Both the position numbers and the translations under genes were made by a program. 64,000 nt of DNA from Desulfurococcaceae archaeon. GTDB lineage: Archaea; Thermoproteota; Thermoprotei_A; Sulfolobales; Desulfurococcaceae. Location of the stretch: assembly GCA_038888155.1 (NCBI GenBank), contig JAWAJB010000002.1, positions 128,001-192,000 on the forward strand. The letters are read 5' to 3'. The notes below the pieces were generated by a model, which worked only from the letters and a program-made list of their open reading frames with translations, was not told the origin of the DNA and ran no database searches. Shown here piece by piece: positions 9,707 to 20,261 of the stretch; position 1 is the first letter of the stretch, and the number at the start of each line of letters is the position of its first letter.

Positions 9707-9914
9707 ATAGCAGAGACCTTACTAGAGATAGTACCCCTTAATCCTCTAGAACAGTATAGTCTACACTATCCAAAGTACGAGGAGCCCGATCGCTCATTAA
9801 AAGCTATAATACAGATATGAAGTAGTTTGTTTAAATAAATACTATTGTTCTAAAATTAGTCATTACAGATTTTATTGCTTAACAAAGTACAAAGAGGGCA
9901 TGCAATCGCTAGAA

Positions 9915-9937
9915 AATTCACAGAGTAGCTGTGAATT
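9915..9937 (-). terminator. Hairpin just downstream of the radical SAM gene
   Basis: AATTCACAG-AGTAG-CTGTGAATT, perfect 9-bp arms, 14 bp after the stop. Confidence 0.4.
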
Positions 9938-9950
9938 AATAATGTTGTTT

Positions 9951-10934
9951 TTATGGCGCAGAGCTAAGTTTAGGACATAGAGGATCTCCAGCGTTTAGCC
10001 CTCCCTTTAAGATGTAGGATCTAGCAAAGCACCCTCCTCTGCATCCTAATGATATATTGCACATTTTACATGCAAGGGGCAACTGAGGAGGATTTCTTAC
10101 TGTTTTAACCAGAACGCTATTTCTAAAGTCACTATATACATCTATGAGGCGTCTTCCTCTTATATTAGTGATCTTAAAATCAAGTATGTCACACAGTAGA
10201 ACGTTTCCAGCGGGGTCTATATCCATTCCACTCATATTCCTACAGAAGGAAGATCCAATTCCTAGGCCTAGCGAAGGTATCCAAGGGGTACACCAAGCAG
10301 ATACTTTTAGCCCATATTCGTGTGCTCGTTCAAGTGTTTTCTTAAGCGCCTCTAGGTATTCATTAGCAGAAATAAATATCTTCGTTTGGGTAGCCCTTCC
10401 AGACGGCATTACTGGTATTAATGCAAGCTCATCGGCGTCTATTTTAACAGCATAATCCACAACTTCGTATAGTGACCTATAGTTAATTTTATTAACTGTT
10501 GTAACAATGGAAATAGAGCCTAGGCGTCTTTTCAACAGCTCTACGCCGCTTGTAGTCGCCTCATATGTCCACTTACCTCTAATATCGTTGTGAATATGTT
10601 TTGGTCCCTCAACTGTTACAAAAACATACGTTTCGGTCTTATAGAGCAAGTTTGCAATGTCTTCGGACACTACCGTGCCATTTGTGATAATGCTTTTATC
10701 GACGTCGTAGTCGCTCAACGACTCCAGTATGAAGGACAAATGTGGATGTATTAGTGGTTCTCCTCCCGTTAGATTTACGTATTCAACACCAGATTCGCCT
10801 ATTTCTCTAGCCAGCCTCAGCTTTTCTGTGAGGTCAAGCTCTTCAAGGTTCCGAAATCTGTGGGTATAGCAGTGTAGACAGTCTAGGTTACACATTGCAG
10901 TGAAAATCCATATAATGTGCTCAGGTTTATTCAA
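9951..10934 (-). CDS. Radical SAM protein with SPASM domain
   Basis: CNLDCLHC, TGGEPL, C-terminal CKMCNISLGCRGGC...DPLC. Confidence 0.9.
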   Translation of the reverse strand: MNKPEHIIWIFTAMCNLDCLHCYTHRFRNLEELDLTEKLRLAREIGESGVEYVNLTGGEPLIHPHLSFILESLSDYDVDKSIITNGTVVSEDIANLLYKTETYVFVTVEGPKHIHNDIRGKWTYEATTSGVELLKRRLGSISIVTTVNKINYRSLYEVVDYAVKIDADELALIPVMPSGRATQTKIFISANEYLEALKKTLERAHEYGLKVSAWCTPWIPSLGLGIGSSFCRNMSGMDIDPAGNVLLCDILDFKITNIRGRRLIDVYSDFRNSVLVKTVRNPPQLPLACKMCNISLGCRGGCFARSYILKGGLNAGDPLCPKLSSAP

Positions 10935-11068
10935 GCTTTCATCCTTATAACTACTTAAATTGACCAGAATGCCACTTTAAAATACATATCTTAGAGATTA
11001 AAATATACAGTTTATAAGGGAAGAGAACAATAATTCAGAAGTACGTGGAAAGTAAGCGCTTGATATAG

Positions 11069-11884
11069 GTGTCCTTGATAATTTGTTATGAATATAATTC
11101 AAAGATAAAACTCTTTAAGAAGGTCAGCAAGTTCGCTACCTTCTTAAAGGTTAGTTTCATTAAGTTTGCTGTATCATTTGCCAACAGGAGGCTTGTCTTC
11201 ATAATACCTGTTGCCATCGTGGAAAAAGCGCTAGACAATCTTTCACATGTCTTAGTAGATTGCGACTACTTCCACGTCAAAAAACTAACACCCAGCGATG
11301 GTCATTTAATTATTGATGGAGGAGCATTCCTAGGATACTACACAGTAGCTTCTTCCGCACTATCTAATAATAAGGCACTTGTGATCTCCTTTGAGCCGAA
11401 CACGGAGATTGTTCCAGTCCTCAGCATGAACGTTGAATTAAACAAGGCCCGTATAGCGAAAATATACCCATATGCTCTTTGTCCTCAAAGTGGTAGCACG
11501 AATCTTTATGTAGGCGCATACCCAGCAGTATCCTCGGTTATAAGGGAACACGTTGAAAATTACACAAGTGTTGAAAAAACTATAGAAGTTAGATGTGTTA
11601 AACTTAGCTCTCTCTTAAGTTTTCTATCTTATGTCGATTTGCTGAAGCTTGACATTGAGGGACTAGAGTTAGATGTAATTCGTGAAGCAGGAAGAGAGTT
11701 GACCCGAGTGGGGGGAATGGTGGTAGAAATTCATAAGGATATCGTCGAGCCCTATGAGGTAGAAAACATTGTGAGAGAACATGGTTTTGATGTAGCCGTT
11801 CTATATACTTCAAGCGAGATGGACGATCAAGCGATCCTCTATGCTTATCGAAGCCGAACTCCCGGCTATCTGCTTTGGAGGTAG
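11069..11884 (+). CDS. FkbM-family SAM-dependent methyltransferase
   Basis: IDGGAFLGYY, SFEPN, LLKLDIEGLE. Confidence 0.85.
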   Translation: MSLIICYEYNSKIKLFKKVSKFATFLKVSFIKFAVSFANRRLVFIIPVAIVEKALDNLSHVLVDCDYFHVKKLTPSDGHLIIDGGAFLGYYTVASSALSNNKALVISFEPNTEIVPVLSMNVELNKARIAKIYPYALCPQSGSTNLYVGAYPAVSSVIREHVENYTSVEKTIEVRCVKLSSLLSFLSYVDLLKLDIEGLELDVIREAGRELTRVGGMVVEIHKDIVEPYEVENIVREHGFDVAVLYTSSEMDDQAILYAYRSRTPGYLLWR

Positions 11885-11921
11885 TTAAGTGTTAAGCCAT
11901 TTTCTCATGTCTGTGTAGCTC

Positions 11922-12380
11922 TTATTTGAATATATTAAGTACATTGGGCTTTAGGTATTTCATTAAATCTGATGTTCTGACCTTGAACAATTTATTAAGA
12001 GCGCCACCACCGCATAAAATGTGCTCTTTCTCCAATACATAGGGGTCTAGTACAACTTTGACGCCTCTGACCTTAGATGATATGGGCGTAACAGCACCCA
12101 CTTCAACGCCAAGAACTTCGCTAACTTCTTTTGGGTTAGCTAGCACTAAATTTGTTCCTAATAGCTGTGTTGCTTTCTTAAAGTCTATTTTCCTGTCTCC
12201 TCGTGCAATAGCTATGAAGTAGTTATGATTGCCCCTCAATAATATGGTCTTGATAATGCTATCGGGGCCCTCATTACTGAGCCTACTTGCCTTCTCTACA
12301 GTCTCGACAGTATCGCTGAACTCCAACACTTCAACTTCAATACCTTCAACAATCGCTTTCTCCCTCTTTATCAAAGCCAT
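11922..12380 (-). CDS. YbaK/EbsC family aminoacyl-tRNA deacylase
   Basis: TVEKAS, IIKTIL, GVEVGAVTP, CGGG. Confidence 0.88.
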   Translation of the reverse strand: MALIKREKAIVEGIEVEVLEFSDTVETVEKASRLSNEGPDSIIKTILLRGNHNYFIAIARGDRKIDFKKATQLLGTNLVLANPKEVSEVLGVEVGAVTPISSKVRGVKVVLDPYVLEKEHILCGGGALNKLFKVRTSDLMKYLKPNVLNIFK

Positions 12381-12609
12381 TTTAAAACCCCTTTCAATAT
12401 AACAAAAAGCGTTGAATCGATATAAATGTTGTAACTAGGATTTGCAATAGACAATGTTTAGATCACAACTATTAACAGCAAATCAAGAGCAGATCACGGG
12501 AATACACGGATTATAGTAGAGCAATAATCTAACGGCCTCATAAAATTAGAATTCATTCCAAACAATGTAGAACTTTGATAAAAATTGATCTAAGTTAGCA
12601 GTTGTCAAA

Positions 12610-13776
12610 TTATTTCTTGCCTTTAACCATATGTCCACGAGGAGTTTCTTGTATAATAATTTCCCTTATACCCCTTTCCTCGAGCATTATTCTCAGCTCC
12701 CTTAGCGCCCTAGTAGCTAAATCTGTGCCATAGGATCCTTTCTCAAAATCCTCGTCAATTGAACGCTTAATTGCTACAGATATTTGCTGTGCAATAACTG
12801 GACCATGCCTTTCCCTAATTCTGGCCATGATCATTTCAACCGCATTTTTTAAGTTCTCCTTTTCAATTAGCCTAATGCGGAATCTTATCTCTACTGTTGT
12901 ATTTTCGAGTTCGTGTATTATTTGTCCCAGTTCTTTGATCTCCCCGCTCTCAACTCTAGCCCTGAACATCTCCCTCACTCTTAGGGGCAATTTATCCAAA
13001 ATGTACCTGATCGGCGGTTCCCTACACTGGAGCGCGGCAGAAGTTATTGTCTCCCTTTTAGTGAATTGTTTGAATGTTAAGATCATCAGGCTGTGATAAG
13101 CCCTAACATACGTTCTAAAACCTACAACAGCATATTTAAAAGCTAGCGTTATATTTCCATCCTCTAGCAACTGCTTTGCACTACTTATCTTCTGATCTCC
13201 CGTTGCGAGTATTTCCCATGTTAGAGAGGTATTGTAGCCATTGGTTTCAGCGTACTTAATGGCATCCACCAATATTTCCCTTAGATCTTCACTTACATTA
13301 ATTCCCGCCTCCACAGTCTGGGGGATCACTGTGTTGTTCTCTCCAAGGTTGCTTGTTATAACTCTACCTAGGACAGCATTTGCTAGTGCGGGAGCATGGC
13401 TGTAATGAATTGAGGCCACAAATCCATACACAACAGCTTTCTTTGGTGCAACGCCACTGGTGTTTAAAGCTCTCTGAAGAAACGCGTCCCCTAACTCTAG
13501 CTGTACGATTGCTGATTTTACATCGTAGTTTGATTCCCATAAGAATAAGCTATAAGTTAAATTTCTAATAGTGTAAGCCAAATCAATCATCTGGTCAAAG
13601 CCTATATCAGACACTGTTTCTGTGTTGAGAACACCCCAGTTTCCTTCAAAAACAATCTCTGGTTTATCGATTGATGGACTTCCTTCAGCTGTAGAGGGGA
13701 TGGATATTAGCAAGCTAAACAATACCATCGATAACGCTAGAAGGCCTATATTTTCTTTACCAATCAATTTTCTCAC
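12610..13776 (-). CDS. Hypothetical secreted/membrane-anchored helical protein
   Basis: 388-aa ORF with N-terminal signal-like hydrophobic segment. Confidence 0.7.
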   Translation of the reverse strand: MRKLIGKENIGLLALSMVLFSLLISIPSTAEGSPSIDKPEIVFEGNWGVLNTETVSDIGFDQMIDLAYTIRNLTYSLFLWESNYDVKSAIVQLELGDAFLQRALNTSGVAPKKAVVYGFVASIHYSHAPALANAVLGRVITSNLGENNTVIPQTVEAGINVSEDLREILVDAIKYAETNGYNTSLTWEILATGDQKISSAKQLLEDGNITLAFKYAVVGFRTYVRAYHSLMILTFKQFTKRETITSAALQCREPPIRYILDKLPLRVREMFRARVESGEIKELGQIIHELENTTVEIRFRIRLIEKENLKNAVEMIMARIRERHGPVIAQQISVAIKRSIDEDFEKGSYGTDLATRALRELRIMLEERGIREIIIQETPRGHMVKGKK

Positions 13777-14059
13777 CCAAAACCCACTACGCGTTTGTTA
13801 AAAATAAGGGTCGACGCGGGAATTAGGTTGAAACTAAGACCTAGGAGGGTTGCAGATCGGATTAGTCTGTTTAAACGTCTTGGAACAATCGCTATAACTT
13901 TGATTTCAAGCTCGGCATTACAATGAAGGCATTTAAGAGTTATCTCTTAAACTCTTTAGCGCGAAATAACCTGGAGACGTCACTAATTTTGGAAGAGTAC
14001 CAACAATAAAAAAGTATTTCTCAAGACCTAGTCCAAGCAACTCTTACTTATTCCATTTG

Positions 14060-14476
14060 CTACTTGTTTTGCGTATCCGAAACTTTTTTTGCCCTTTCAG
14101 CGAACCTGCCTCTGTGAACTATAAAACGCTCATGTATGCCCTCTCCGATTAGTATATCTCCGAAATAAGCTTTCACTTCACAAGTAATTCGTCTACCGTC
14201 GCGTGCAGCTATCTTTGCCTCCACTTTAATTGTTGACCCAATAGGTGCTGGTTTTAAGTGCCTGACGTTAACGAGCGTGCCGACTGTAGTGTATTCCTGG
14301 GGCAGATGCTTATGAATGCAGCTAGCGGAAGTTTTCTCTATGAAAGCTATCATAGATGGGGTCGAAAGCACAGATGCCTCTCCGCTACCAATATGTCTTG
14401 CAGCATGCTCCTCTTTGACGAGGAACTCATCTACACAGACTGATCCAATTGGGATTTCAAAATCTATGCTGCTCAT
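14060..14476 (-). CDS. Hotdog-fold thioesterase (FlK-like)
   Basis: HIGSG, VLSTPSMIAFIE, TVGTLVNVRHLKP, GIHERF; ATG 6 nt after GGTG. Confidence 0.85.
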   Translation of the reverse strand: MSSIDFEIPIGSVCVDEFLVKEEHAARHIGSGEASVLSTPSMIAFIEKTSASCIHKHLPQEYTTVGTLVNVRHLKPAPIGSTIKVEAKIAARDGRRITCEVKAYFGDILIGEGIHERFIVHRGRFAERAKKVSDTQNK

Positions 14477-14932
14477 GCAATTCACCAAGTTAGTACATAA
14501 TATAACATAATCCTATCAATTATATTTAAATCCTTAACAGTTTATTAGTTCGGCTGTTGCACATTATTCGCTGTTTCTATAAGAGAACGACCATAGTGGC
14601 TTAACAATATTTCACATATATTGTTTAGTCCCCAAGGTGATCTCATGACTCCCTAGGAAACGTCATCTAGAGCTAGAGCGACATTTTAATGGACTTAAAT
14701 ACCGTTGAGCCCGATCCAAAAATTTACATCTTCTCTATACGTATCTTAGCAGTTTTATGGTATTTGGCATAACACGCCTGAGCTCACAACCTAGAATTTT
14801 AAATAAGCCGCAAAGGTGCAAAAGATGCTAAAGCTATCTCCTGTTGTATTCAACGTTTTCTTAAATCCGAGAGGATCTTTCTCGGAAATTCGCGAATTTT
14901 TCAAAGATACCCAAAGAAGGTAGTGCTGAAGA

Positions 14933-14939
14933 TTTATTA
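14933..14939 (+). promoter_or_regulatory. TATA box candidate for tRNA-Val
   Basis: TTTATTA about 30 bp upstream of the mature 5' end. Confidence 0.5.
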
Positions 14940-14966
14940 GGTTCTGCTGGTAGTCTTAATGATTCA

Positions 14967-15041
14967 GGGCCCGTCGTCTAGCCTGGTATGGACGCCGCCC
15001 TCACACGGCGGAGGTCCGGGGTTCAAATCCCCGCGGGCCCA
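14967..15041 (+). tRNA. tRNA-Val (CAC), CCA not encoded
   Basis: GGGCCCG/CGGGCCC acceptor stem, CCGCC-CTCACAC-GGCGG anticodon arm, TTCAAAT T-loop. Confidence 0.95.
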
Positions 15042-15331
15042 TAGTTATAGTTGCATTTTATGTTTTGCCGGGCTCTTGAAACATTGGTGGATTTAAGTTA
15101 TGACTTTTTGACATCAAAAAAGGTTTTCCTGTCAAATTCCCCACTAAAAGTTGGAGCTGTTAATCTTGCCAGCTTAATCGAATTATATTCAGCTCAGCTA
15201 TATATAAATCTCACTAAAACTCCTGTGTGTAAATCTATTAAACATCGGAGCGTCTAAAGCACATAACTTAAACGCTGGTATATGCACGAGGATTTTATCT
15301 ATTTTAATGTGCCGCTGTCACTAAATTCTTG

Positions 15332-15865
15332 TTAATTTTGTACAGACTTGTGGAATTTTTTGCTTTTGAGCAACTTAATTAACAGCTCTTCGTGTTCCTT
15401 CTCTTCAATAATTATTTTATTCAGCAAGCTTTTTACGAAATCAGCGAGATCTTTGTTCAATCGACATTGTTCTATGTTAGCCTCAATAAGTGGCAATAGC
15501 AACCTCTGGTACGTCTCCTCTCCAATCGCACCCTCGATCCAACGCTGCCTATCTATGAAACTTTCTGGGCTCATATTTACCCCCTTTGATAGATTTAAGT
15601 GCATTTCTTCAAGGTCCTTCCATAGACTACCTAAGTGTTCCTCACAATTCGCTTTCTCGAATAACCCTAGCGACAAACCTATAAGCTCAAGGTATTGAGC
15701 ATGTTTCTCACTTTCAATCCCAATTTCTTTAAGTGATAGCCTTAGCAATACGTCATCCACTTTATTTCCGTAGAGGTTCAACAATTTTGAAATTGAAATT
15801 TCTAGTTGGTGTGCGCAATAGAAATTCATTTTGATCTCATGGCACAGATCCAAATCTATCTCCAT
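15332..15865 (-). CDS. Ferritin-like di-iron protein
   Basis: Paired E...ExxH motifs (ESEKH, EEKEH). Confidence 0.7.
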   Translation of the reverse strand: MEIDLDLCHEIKMNFYCAHQLEISISKLLNLYGNKVDDVLLRLSLKEIGIESEKHAQYLELIGLSLGLFEKANCEEHLGSLWKDLEEMHLNLSKGVNMSPESFIDRQRWIEGAIGEETYQRLLLPLIEANIEQCRLNKDLADFVKSLLNKIIIEEKEHEELLIKLLKSKKFHKSVQN

Positions 15866-16455
15866 CTCGATGTTAATATTAACCCTTTAATAATTTAGGT
15901 TCTTTTGCAAAATGTTCCACCGCTCATCAGCTGGTTGCTAAGATCTAACCTTGATGGCTGCCTATGTTCATTTATAGCTGTTTCTCACTTATAGCATGGT
16001 CACTGCTTAAAAGCTCCTTGCACCCATTTCTGCAATATTTAACTCGGGATGGATAGTGGGATAGATTGAATTGAAAACAAAGCCTTTTAATCTTAACATT
16101 AAGAGAAGTCTAGATCGAGCTAGAACTCGTCGATACATGTTATTGATTTGATCATCTAGTTCGCACACCATTTTCTTGTGTAAAGTATTCGGTTTAATAG
16201 GGAACATCAACGTCTTCCCATCATGTTCTATCAAACTGCCCCTTCGTCAGTCCTACTTATGTTGATCTCAGTTATCAACTTACCAAATCAGATACCAGCA
16301 TTAAAGAATTCCTTTTTCAGCTATCTTACTTCGAACGAATATTTCGACTCTTAGTTCAATATATATTTTGAGAAAAACCAGGACAGTTTAGGTGTTCTTT
16401 ATAAGTTTTTAAATTTTACTATATAATAAGAATAGCGAGGTGTGAGGATGAACTC

Positions 16456-17454
16456 TTGTTTCACAGCTTAGACGGCAGGCATGTTCTTGTGAGAGCGCCA
16501 GCATCTATAGCCAATATAGGTCCAGGGTTTGACATCCTCGCAATGGCTATAAAAGGCCTTTATGATGAAGTGCTAGTTTCGATCAAATCGGGTTCGGGGA
16601 TTATAACAGTTACATCACAGGGGTTTAATGTTCCATCGGGGAAAGATAATGTTGCCTATGCGGTAGCTAACGAGTTTATTTCGAGATATAACATAAAGGA
16701 TGTTGACACATACATTGAGGTTCGCAAGGGGATCCCGACGTCCTGCGGACTGGGTAGCTCGGGAGCAACTTCTGCAGCGGTTGCATATGCTCTCTCCAAG
16801 GTATTCTCGTTGAATTTAAGAGACGATGAACTCTTAGATCTTGCTAGTGTAGGAGAATTTCACGTTTCCGGCTCTAAACACTATGACAACGTCGCAGCAA
16901 GTTTGTACGGCGGGTTAACTATTGTAGAACCTACTACTAGGAATGTCTTTAAATATGTGCCAACAACTCCTATAAATATTGCTGTTATTATCCCCTCAGT
17001 AGTTGAGCTACAAGGCATTAAAAAGACTAAGTATTCGCGTTCACTTCTTCCACAGCAAATAGGGCTTGACACACATGTTAGGCAGACATCGGCCATTGCT
17101 TTGCTAATATATGCCCTTTTCACTAACAACGTAGAGCTACTTGGAAAGGCTGTGTCCGTGGACTACATTGCAGAGCCGCACAGGTCTAAAATTATCCCAT
17201 ACTACTCAGAATTAAAGGATCTGGCCCTACAGGGCGGGGCACTGGGCTTTAATATATCTGGTGCGGGGCCTGCAGTATTTACTATACACAGAAATATGGA
17301 TGATGCTAAGAGGGCAGCTAGCCGACTTGCAAAGTTCCTTGAATTGAAAGGAGTAAAAGCGTATGCGTATACGACAACAGTATCTTCATCTGGTGCAGAG
17401 CTACTTGCTCGAGAACTCAATAGAGCCGAGAACTTAGACACTCTTTTCCAATAA
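16456..17454 (+). CDS. thrB: Homoserine kinase
   Basis: APASIANIGPGFD, GLGSSGA, HYDNVAAS, ISGAGP. Confidence 0.93.
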   Translation: MFHSLDGRHVLVRAPASIANIGPGFDILAMAIKGLYDEVLVSIKSGSGIITVTSQGFNVPSGKDNVAYAVANEFISRYNIKDVDTYIEVRKGIPTSCGLGSSGATSAAVAYALSKVFSLNLRDDELLDLASVGEFHVSGSKHYDNVAASLYGGLTIVEPTTRNVFKYVPTTPINIAVIIPSVVELQGIKKTKYSRSLLPQQIGLDTHVRQTSAIALLIYALFTNNVELLGKAVSVDYIAEPHRSKIIPYYSELKDLALQGGALGFNISGAGPAVFTIHRNMDDAKRAASRLAKFLELKGVKAYAYTTTVSSSGAELLARELNRAENLDTLFQ

Positions 17455-17503
17455 TGTTCAATATATTAAAAGCCTGGAATTAGATGTTCATTGAGGGCAT
17501 TTA

Positions 17504-18727
17504 CTATGCACTGATTTTTTCAGGGCTAAGAATTTTAAACACAGCATCAGGATCTTTAAGCACGTGTCCAGTCCCAACCAGCACAACTGTTTCGCTTTTA
17601 GTTAATATTCGATCTTCAAGGGATTTAATATACCCGGCGAGAGTAGTCGCGCTTGCAGGTTCAACTCCAACACCTTCCGTAACTGCAAGTTTCTTCATGG
17701 CGTCTTTTATTTCACTATCGGAGACTGATATAAATGATCCGCCCGACTCGTTAACCGCATTCAATGCTTTAGGCCAATTAACCGGCTTGCCTATTCTAAT
17801 TGCTGAAGCAATTGTTCTTGGAACAGAGACAGGCAATAAACTACTCGATTTGCTTCTCCACGTTAGTACTAAAGGAGAAGCGCCCTCCGCCTGAACACCA
17901 ATCATTCTTGGAACAGATTCTATTATACCGTTCTCGTGGAGTTCTTTGAAACCTTTCCATACTGCATAAATGTTACCCGCGTTTCCAACGGGGACAAATA
18001 CTGCATCAGGTGATTTGCCGAGTTCTTCCACGATTTCGTACGCTATTGTTTTTTGACCTTCAAGTCTCCATGGATTGTATGAATTTAGGGGATATAGATC
18101 TCTCCGTCCCTTTGTTACAACTAATTCTAAAACATTATCTAGCGCCTCATCAAATAATCCGTCGACTTCAACAACCTCGGCACCGTAAAGCATTGCTTGG
18201 GCCAATTTACCGATCGCCACGGACCCCTTCGGTAAGACCACAACGCATCTCAACCCGGCCCTCGCAGCGTATGCTGCGGCCGAAGCCGCGGTGTTTCCCG
18301 TGCTAGCGACTATTACTCCTTTAACTTCAATATGCCTTGCTATTGTAATGGCAACTGTCATCCCCCTATCTTTGAAGCTCCCCGTCGGATTTGAGCCTTC
18401 AAACTTCAAGTAAACTTTGTTATTTCCTGCTTTAGTAATAGGGATTAGCGGAGTGCCGCCCTCGCACAGAGTAACCGGATCGATCGAGTCACTAAGTGGC
18501 AGAAGCTCTCTATATCTCCATACGCAAAATTTTCGTTTTCTGAGGTCTTCCCAGCGAATCAACAGTCTCTCTATGGTGAGAACTTCAAGTGGACGTTTAC
18601 ACTTGGGACAGAAGAATAGCCATGGATCTGGAGGATAGATCGAGTTACAATATATGCATTTTAGCTTCACACCTGGTTTAAATAGGATGACATTTGAATG
18701 CTTATTTATGTTTCCAAAATAATACAC
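17504..18727 (-). CDS. thrC: Threonine synthase
   Basis: Zn-ribbon N-terminus, NPTGSFKDRG with PLP Lys intact, ASTGNT, PVGNAGN; true start possibly GTG at 18670. Confidence 0.93.
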   Translation of the reverse strand: MYYFGNINKHSNVILFKPGVKLKCIYCNSIYPPDPWLFFCPKCKRPLEVLTIERLLIRWEDLRKRKFCVWRYRELLPLSDSIDPVTLCEGGTPLIPITKAGNNKVYLKFEGSNPTGSFKDRGMTVAITIARHIEVKGVIVASTGNTAASAAAYAARAGLRCVVVLPKGSVAIGKLAQAMLYGAEVVEVDGLFDEALDNVLELVVTKGRRDLYPLNSYNPWRLEGQKTIAYEIVEELGKSPDAVFVPVGNAGNIYAVWKGFKELHENGIIESVPRMIGVQAEGASPLVLTWRSKSSSLLPVSVPRTIASAIRIGKPVNWPKALNAVNESGGSFISVSDSEIKDAMKKLAVTEGVGVEPASATTLAGYIKSLEDRILTKSETVVLVGTGHVLKDPDAVFKILSPEKISA

Positions 18728-18983
18728 CTCGTGCCAAATTACTAAACTGCAAAGGTTAATAAGTTTTTATTTGCTTTCCTGACCAAGCGAATCCTCTAAT
18801 CTTAGCTATTACATATAAAGCAAATCGAGCGACATTCAATACTGTTTGTTAGGATACCTATCAAAACCAGCTTTCCTTCCCAATAAGTCATTTTTTGATT
18901 TATTCCTCGCGGATTTCTAGTGAGGAACGATTTCTTTTACTTTTATCATATCCACGCATTTCCCTGCGACAGGAGCTAGGACA

Positions 18984-20261
18984 TCAATTTTTAATAATAT
19001 CTTTTATCAAGTTTACCTCTTGGTCCATTATTTCTTCCCATTTTTTTAGAATTTTTGGCTTCTCGACACGAACATTTTTCTTCTCAATTGTTTCAATGGT
19101 TTTTTGGGCTAGCGCATCTAGATCGGATTCTCTGACTAGGGTCACCCCTTCAAGGCCGCTGTAGTAGATTCTGAGCGCTGGAATATCGTACGCAATAACT
19201 GGTGTATTTAAGTAGATGGACTCCAATACGGCGTATGGGAAAGCATCAACATGGCTTGGATAGAGCATTGCAATAGACTTAGCAACTATGGACAGGCGAT
19301 CCTCCCGCGGAAGAAATCCGTAGAAAATAACATTATCTTTAATTCCTAACCTATCACAAAAGGCTACAATCTTCTTCAAGTTTTCTCCCGAAATTCTACC
19401 AGTAATTGCAAGCTTAAGATCTTGACCACAACTCTTTCTTACCTCTCTAAACGCCATTAAGGCCTCGATCAACCCTTTCTCTGGCGATGGTCTCCCCCCA
19501 AAAACCACAACTCTCTCTTTCCCTCTTCTTCTTTTTACTATGCTAGTGATTAACGACAAGTCCTCAAGTGATAAACCCACTCCAGGATCTAAAGCGATCA
19601 CCTTTTTAGCCCAATCCTCGCCCATCTCCATTGGTATTGATTTTGAAACTGCCAATATCAATTCGAAATTGCTTAGTAATCGCCTTAAGTGCTTTGAAAT
19701 GCCCCTATCGATCTCTCTGTTTATGCCCCAAAAAGCGCGTGTTCTAAAGTCCTCTAAGGTCTTTAACCAAAGGTAGCTCGACTCTTCGATGTTCTTAATG
19801 CGTTTAGAATCTCCGTAAAATGGAGGCAATTGTAAGAGCGCTATGCGTTTGAGGGAAAAAACTTCACCAATTCTATGGCATGTCGCAATCGCATCTATCG
19901 TCTCGTGCATGCTCATTACGCAATGAGATTTAGACAGAACATTTTTATCTATTTCAACTTCAATGAGAGAGAGGAAGGTTGATGTACAGACCGCCAAGCT
20001 CCTTCTCAGGGGAAAATTGTAAGAGAATACTCTTGGCAATACAGATTTCCCGTAGACGCGAAGACCCTCCTTTAGAAGGTCTCGTAACAAGGATAACTCT
20101 TCTTGGGGCGTAAATTGAAATTTTATGCTCCACGGCAAGACTAGAAAATTATTAATTCCGCGGGTCTTATACTCTTTAATTGATAACAGAGCCCGATACC
20201 CGCCACCGCCGGTATTAGGAAAGGGCATAGCAACCGTAATCATATTAATTTCGCTGGGCAT
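18984..20261 (-). CDS. GT4-family glycosyltransferase
   Basis: GGGGYR, GRPSPEKG, YPSHVDAFPYAVLES. Confidence 0.88.
   Translation of the reverse strand: MPSEINMITVAMPFPNTGGGGYRALLSIKEYKTRGINNFLVLPWSIKFQFTPQEELSLLRDLLKEGLRVYGKSVLPRVFSYNFPLRRSLAVCTSTFLSLIEVEIDKNVLSKSHCVMSMHETIDAIATCHRIGEVFSLKRIALLQLPPFYGDSKRIKNIEESSYLWLKTLEDFRTRAFWGINREIDRGISKHLRRLLSNFELILAVSKSIPMEMGEDWAKKVIALDPGVGLSLEDLSLITSIVKRRRGKERVVVFGGRPSPEKGLIEALMAFREVRKSCGQDLKLAITGRISGENLKKIVAFCDRLGIKDNVIFYGFLPREDRLSIVAKSIAMLYPSHVDAFPYAVLESIYLNTPVIAYDIPALRIYYSGLEGVTLVRESDLDALAQKTIETIEKKNVRVEKPKILKKWEEIMDQEVNLIKDIIKN

Noticed and set aside
9738-9797. 19-aa minus-strand ORF (MSDRAPRTLDSVDYTVLED) as RiPP precursor for the SPASM enzyme
   Set aside because: No SD, no Cys or recognisable core motif; expected by chance
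13823-13843. GTTGAAAC resembling a CRISPR repeat end
   Set aside because: Single occurrence with no repeat-spacer periodicity or cas genes in the window
15051-15257. 68-aa ORF after tRNA-Val as an integrase fragment
   Set aside because: No recombinase motifs and no duplicated tRNA 3' end found
16007-16234. 75-aa minus-strand ORF
   Set aside because: No recognisable motif or SD; possibly a remnant but cannot be supported
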